In this document: positions 8,718-12,647 of the stretch, one piece after another
Numbering within the stretch: position 1 is the first letter of the stretch
How the letters are laid out: each line of letters opens with the position of its first letter
Assembly: GCA_046293555.1 (NCBI GenBank)
Contig: JBKBOT010000037.1
Location: 1-12,647 of the forward strand
Reading direction: 5' to 3'
Source: Pyrobaculum sp.
Lineage (GTDB): Archaea > Thermoproteota > Thermoprotei > Thermoproteales > Thermoproteaceae
Length of the DNA stretch: 12,647 nucleotides
Program-made: the position numbers and the translations under genes
Notes under the pieces: generated by a model
Databases searched by the model: none
Told to the model about the DNA's origin: nothing
Seen by the model: the letters and a program-made list of their open reading frames with translations, nothing else

Positions 8718-9398
8718 GTATCTATCTCCTGCCGTCTATATAAGTCTGTTGGTTTCGTCGGCTGTGAGAAGACATGTAAAGTTCCTGGACAGACAGGGGA
8801 ATCAACAAACTAGGGACATCCTCACGGTGTTTTCGCATAGCCGTAGGTGCAGTTGACACCGTTCTCAACTACGCCGTTTCCACCTCCACGGCTGTGGCCA
8901 CGAGATGGCTGTCCGCCACCACGCCGCCTATACCCTCTAACGATTTTTGACAAGATGTTGTTTGCTGTGACCCCCCTTCCGTATAGGTCGAACTAAGGCC
9001 AGCCTCTTTACCGCCGCCAATCGCCAGCACCCCCATTACCCCATGCGGTATGTTCCGCCAAGCGCCATACCCCCTTTCTCCACCACCCCGCCTCTCCCCG
9101 TCGGGAGATATACCTCCCCCATTGACAACTGGGGCAATGCAGAACCACCATCCTAGACAGCAGAGGCGGCGGCCGGTAGTGTCAGGGCTGTGAAGGCGGG
9201 GGCCCACAGCATTGGATCTGTGGTAGACAGTTTTTTAGGTAGGTTTGGCGCCCTGATGTGTGAAGTGAGGATATTGGCGGCTGTTGTTCTCTTGTTGAAA
9301 TGACGTGGGGCTTACGGTGGGGTTTGAAAACTGAGTCTCTTTGGCGTAAGGTTTATCAACTCGTCACTTGATGTAGATGGGTGAGTGGCTCTATGGCC

Positions 9399-9530
9399 TT
9401 CGGGCCCGGGATGTGGGGAGAAGCCCGAATGGGCATAGCTGTGAAGAAGATAGATATTCCCTCTTCAACCGTTCAGGGCGAAAACCCCCGACGAGGGGGA
9501 AAGACCTAGCTTTACGCTAGGTCAGAACGG
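9399..9530 (+). mobile_element. IS200/IS605-family tnpB remnant (right end)
   Basis: CCGGGATGTGGGGAGAAGCCCGAATGGGCATAG translates across a frameshift to P-G-C-G-E/S-P-N-G-H, like the archaeal TnpB zinc finger CPxCGxKLSPNGHR. It is followed by a structured end terminating in CAGAACGG. Confidence 0.6.
9452..9530 (+). ncRNA. Putative TnpB omega-RNA (reRNA) scaffold
   Basis: CCCT 9459-62 pairs with AGGG 9475-78. The enclosed CCGTTC 9469-74 pairs with GAACGG 9525-30 (pseudoknot). Hairpins are CCCCC/GGGGG (9485-99) and GACCTAGC/GCTAGGTC (9503-23). Confidence 0.55.
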
Positions 9531-9695
9531 GTGTACTAGCCGCCGTTTTGATATGTGCTGTGAATTACCACGGCGTTACGTAGGGCGGGGATGGGGGATG
9601 TCTCATTGGGTTACGGGGGCGCTCTGTGGCGTGGAGGTGGGGGTCGCCGACGGCGTGGTGGGGGAAGGTATTTAACTGTCTGTGGTTTCGGCTTT

Positions 9696-10379
9696 ATGGG
9701 GTCTTTTGAGGAGGTTAGGGAGGCCCTCCGTAGGCTGGTGAGAGAGGATTGGGAGTTTCTACGTGGCGTTATTATGGAGGCTCTTAAAGGTGGCCGCCTG
9801 TTCGAGTTGGCGTTGGCTGACCCGGAGCTGAGGGCGGGGCTTGAGGAGGTGGTGGCTAGGGTGGCTAGAGAGGAGGTGGCCAAGTTGCGGGGGGAGCTGG
9901 AGAGGCGTCTTGGGGTGCTGGAAGACGACGTCCAGTCTCTTACCGTGAGGATGGAGAATGTAAGAAAATTCATGGACAATATGGAGGACCGGTGGGGGAT
10001 CATCTTGAGGGCTCTTGAGGATGTTGCCTACACCACCGCAGATGAGGCTAGAGAGGTGGTGGGGTGGGAGCTCTGCCAGAGGGGGGTCGAGTGTAGGCCT
10101 GAGAAGAGCTGGCTGGGATGCGGCTTTGAGTTTGATATCTACTGCACTACAGGCGAGCTGACTATCGTCGGCGACGCCACAACGAGGGCGGGGGCCAGCC
10201 ACGTGGAGAAAGTGGCGGCCAAGGTGGGGGAAGCCAGAAGGAGGTGGCCTGAGAAGTTTAAGGGGAGGGTGGTGCCCGTGTTGTACTGCATCTTGGCCGA
10301 GCCAGACGCCGTGGAGAAGGCAAGGGAGCTCGGCGTGTGGCTGGTAACTCACCGAGGCGAAAAAACGCCAATGCCGTAA
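9696..10379 (+). CDS. PaREP-type coiled-coil protein with C-terminal PD-(D/E)XK-like domain (227 aa)
   Basis: The heptad-rich N-half is followed by EFDIYC...IVGDATTRAG...PVLY...AVEKARELGVWLV. The start was moved from 9591 to ATG 9696 because the TATA box GTATTTAA lies about 25 nt upstream and 9591-9695 encodes low-complexity sequence. Confidence 0.85.
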   Translation: MGSFEEVREALRRLVREDWEFLRGVIMEALKGGRLFELALADPELRAGLEEVVARVAREEVAKLRGELERRLGVLEDDVQSLTVRMENVRKFMDNMEDRWGIILRALEDVAYTTADEAREVVGWELCQRGVECRPEKSWLGCGFEFDIYCTTGELTIVGDATTRAGASHVEKVAAKVGEARRRWPEKFKGRVVPVLYCILAEPDAVEKARELGVWLVTHRGEKTPMP

Positions 10380-10662
10380 GACGCCGGCGTTAAGGAGGGC
10401 CGCTGCGGGGGCTCCCGTCAGGGGGTGGTTGTTCGCGTTGTGTTAGACACGAGCTCCCCCACCACACTTTTCGTGGGGTTATCGGAGACTATCGCGGCCG
10501 CTCACGGGGCCGCCCATCTTGGGCTCACAAGCGGGGCTCTGAAGCCCCGCCTCTGATGGCCACACGTTGCTGTAGTTAAGTTAGACAGAGAGGCCCAACG
10601 CCAGTTGGCTTGAGGCTGTGACGTTTATGTTCTACTCTGTAAACACAAACCGCTGTCACCAG

Positions 10663-11031
10663 TTATTTTACCGTTTCTGCCCACTGGAAGACTTTTGTGG
10701 CTTGTGTGACGCACTGCTCCGCCTTTCTCCTGTCGTAGTCTACTGTATGTGAGTATCTGGCTAGGGTGTAGTGGGGGGTGAGGAGGTCGCATGCCAGGTA
10801 GATCTCTTGCGGCGGCGTTGTGTTTAACAGCCGTGCCACATCGTCTAATAATGTCGACAAATCGTGTGTAAAACGGCATGACCCAGTGTATTTTACCCGT
10901 ATGCCCTCTAGCAAAAACTCCACAGCCTGTTGGGCGGAGAAGCAGGCAAGCCAGTAGTGCCCCGCCTCTGTGGCCTCTCTTGCAATCTGTAGAAACTCCC
11001 GCGCCTTGTCGAGCCAGAATTTCTCCACCAC
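10663..11031 (-). CDS. HEPN domain protein (MNT-HEPN toxin type)
   Basis: WLDKAREFL..A...G.YWLACFSAQQAVE...THDL..LL...LTPHY..ARY. Confidence 0.92.
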   Translation of the reverse strand: MVEKFWLDKAREFLQIAREATEAGHYWLACFSAQQAVEFLLEGIRVKYTGSCRFTHDLSTLLDDVARLLNTTPPQEIYLACDLLTPHYTLARYSHTVDYDRRKAEQCVTQATKVFQWAETVK

Positions 11032-11060
11032 AGCTTAAATATGGCCCCCACATATATCTT
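11032..11060. promoter_or_regulatory. 29-bp bidirectional promoter between HEPN and MNT
   Basis: TTAAATAT (11035-42) lies about 20-26 nt before the MNT GTG. ATATAT (11052-57) lies 21-26 nt before the HEPN GTG on the minus strand. Confidence 0.55.
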
Positions 11061-11362
11061 GTGTCTAGTGGGCTGTTTGAGGAGTTCGTCCGGCGTGTTG
11101 TAGAACACTACGGGGGGAGGGTCACCGTCGTGTTGTTTGGCTCTAGGGCTAGGGGGGCCACTGGCCCTCTAGCGACTACGACGTGATGGTTTTTCTAGAA
11201 CACGTGGAGGGCCTGGCGTTGGAGGCCGCCAGGATACTTCAGCTCAGGCCGAGGCCTTTCCCCGTGGACGTGGTGGTGAGGGGGGAGGCCGGGGACCCCA
11301 TTGTCCTCAAGATGCTTGAACGTAGGCTGGTGCTATATGACGGCCTTGGGCTGTTTTACTGA
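11061..11362 (+). pseudogene. Minimal nucleotidyltransferase (MNT antitoxin), frameshifted
   Basis: MSSGLFEEFVRRVVEHYGGRVTVVLFGSRARG, then after a 1-nt shift at the G6 run (11152-57) HWPSSDYDVMVF...PVDVVV...LYDGLGLFY*. One extra base restores GSxARG...SDxD. Confidence 0.85.
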
Positions 11363-12126
11363 ACTTCTCTCCTCTCCTCGTAGCCACATTTTCTACAGCG
11401 GATCGTCTCCACGATTTTTATCCTGTCTTCTACTCTCACGGCGCCGCCGGCGGGGGTCATCCGGCTGAAGCAATTGGGACATGTGTGGGGCGTGGGCCGG
11501 TAGAGTCCGGCTTTGGCTAGGGCTTTTTTCACGCCGTATTTAGAGAGGCCGAGTGCCCTGGCTATCTCGCCTAGTGTGGCGCCTTGTCTATACAGCGCCG
11601 CCGCCTTTTCCACGACCTGGGGGTCTCTCTTTAGGGCTCTGTCTAGGTTGTTTTGTAGCTTTCCCTCCGCCCTAAGCCTTTCTCTAGCCGCCTTGGTTCT
11701 CTGGCGGATAAACTCACGTTCCATAGCCGCGGCGAAGGCTAGGGTTGCTCTTAAAAACTCGCGGTAGGCCTCGTCGAGCGTCTGGAGGATCTGCTCCCTC
11801 TCGCTTGTAGATACCACCCACAGCCCTAGCTCCCTCTCTACTAGCTCCAGGAGGGTAAAGAGCTGGCGGAAGTTTCTAGTGAGGCGGCTCACCTCGTATA
11901 TAAGCAAGACCTTTGGCCGGGGCTTTAGCTGAGGCACCTCTCGCGTCAGTAGTCTAAACTCTGGCCTCTCCCAAGGCGGCGTCGCTCCAGACACGCCGCG
12001 GTCTACATAATGCCGGACTATATAGAGGCCGTGGCTTGCCGCCCACCGTTCTAGATACTCCAGCTGGCTCTCTGGGTTTTGCCCCTCGGTACTCACTCTC
12101 ACATATGTCACCGCCGGGATGTTCAC
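11356..12126 (-). CDS. Serine recombinase (resolvase/invertase family) with HTH and C-terminal zinc ribbon
   Basis: YVRVSTEGQ (catalytic S12), D.GVSG, R..F, EVSRLTR, FAAAMEREFIRQRTKAA, HTH GATLGEIARALGLS, and CPNC...CRKC. Confidence 0.93.
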   Translation of the reverse strand: MNIPAVTYVRVSTEGQNPESQLEYLERWAASHGLYIVRHYVDRGVSGATPPWERPEFRLLTREVPQLKPRPKVLLIYEVSRLTRNFRQLFTLLELVERELGLWVVSTSEREQILQTLDEAYREFLRATLAFAAAMEREFIRQRTKAARERLRAEGKLQNNLDRALKRDPQVVEKAAALYRQGATLGEIARALGLSKYGVKKALAKAGLYRPTPHTCPNCFSRMTPAGGAVRVEDRIKIVETIRCRKCGYEERREVQ

Positions 12127-12251
12127 GCCAGGTAGTTGGGAAGAGGTAAAAAAGATACCCCTGAAGAGTTTTAAATATGTCCTAGGGCATGTGGACTGGC
12201 GAGTTGGAGGTATTCACGCCAAGTGGTATTAACGACATGCGAGACACCTTC

Positions 12252-12275
12252 ATTTCAATCCTCTTTTTGAGATTC
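12252..12275 (-). CRISPR. Solitary CRISPR repeat
   Basis: The minus strand reads GAATCTCAAAAAGAGGATTGAAAT (23/24 to consensus, last G>T). No complete second repeat follows. Confidence 0.85.
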
Positions 12276-12330
12276 TGGGGTCTCTGGTGTTTTGTTTTTG
12301 GAGGTTTTTAAGTTTTTCTCTTCTTGAGGG
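12276..12330 (-). promoter_or_regulatory. CRISPR leader, proximal part, with BRE/TATA
   Basis: Minus strand GAGAAAAACTTAAAAACCTCCAAAAACAAAACACCAGAGACCCCA is homologous to 2067-2109. Confidence 0.8.
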
Positions 12331-12381
12331 GCTTGAGGCGGGCGACCATAGGGAGGCGTGTTTTCACGCCTACCAGTCGGC

Positions 12382-12615
12382 ATGACCTATGCCCCGGCCC
12401 CCATCGTGAAGACTCTCCCGGCGTTGATCAAAAGAGTGGAGGAAAAGCCGCCGGAGCCGGTATTAAGATGTGCCACCTGCCTCGAGAGAAGTTACTACGC
12501 GGGTGTAGATGGGGAGAGGTGCGTAAAGTGTGCAGAGATTATAACAGACTATCTCCACACATATAACGACCTAGATCCACCCTCTTGTCCTCATCGTCTG
12601 GTGTATTCTCTCTAG
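12382..12615 (+). CDS. Small Cys-rich hypothetical protein (77 aa, possible zinc finger)
   Basis: ATG 12382 opens a frame with CATC...CVKC...CPH. No family recognised. Confidence 0.45.
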   Translation: MTYAPAPIVKTLPALIKRVEEKPPEPVLRCATCLERSYYAGVDGERCVKCAEIITDYLHTYNDLDPPSCPHRLVYSL

Positions 12616-12647
12616 CGCAGTCACTATGGCCGTATCTCTTATGGTCC

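Noticed and set aside
8869-9207. 112-aa minus-strand ORF, possibly a PaREP remnant
   Set aside because: Gly-rich, low-complexity translation with no supportable motif.
9469-9530. Hammerhead ribozyme or reduced RNase P RNA
   Set aside because: No CUGANGA after the first stem, no correctly placed GAAA/UH pair, and no RNase P conserved regions. A TnpB right end fits better.
9591-9695. N-terminal extension of the coiled-coil ORF
   Set aside because: Encodes GGGGRRRRGGG and contains the TATA box for ATG 9696.
9611-11767. Antisense or alternate-frame ORFs (9611-10003, 9759-10352, 10625-11053, 11513-11767; likewise 985-1182, 4167-4505, 4973-5374, 5851-6096, 8112-8363, 8257-8856)
   Set aside because: Shadows of well-supported genes.
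11356-12126. IS607 TnpA transposase
   Set aside because: IS607 TnpA has an N-terminal HTH and an adjacent tnpB. Here the catalytic domain is N-terminal and no tnpB follows.

Overview
Accessory/defence island from a crenarchaeon, most likely Thermoproteaceae (Pyrobaculum-like). This is inferred from the 24-bp CRISPR repeat GAATCTCAAAAAGAGGATTGAAAG, PaREP-type genes and leaderless TATA promoters. No cas genes are present, but two homologous CRISPR leader+repeat units face each other about 10.1 kb apart. The left unit (2067-2191, +) is a mini-array with one 20-nt spacer. The right unit (12252-12320, -) is a solitary repeat pointing into a serine recombinase gene. Between them lie PaREP1, a membrane-anchored Mrr-like nuclease, a BsaWI-like type II R-M pair whose endonuclease carries a premature stop, a decayed membrane-protein pseudogene, a minimal Hjc-like nuclease, vapBC, a TnpB remnant with an apparently intact omega-RNA-like structure, a coiled-coil PaREP gene and a head-to-head HEPN/MNT pair (MNT frameshifted in a G run). 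Just outside the left unit is a zinc-ribbon + FokI-like cleavage-domain fusion. All family calls come from motif recognition by eye, not database searches.
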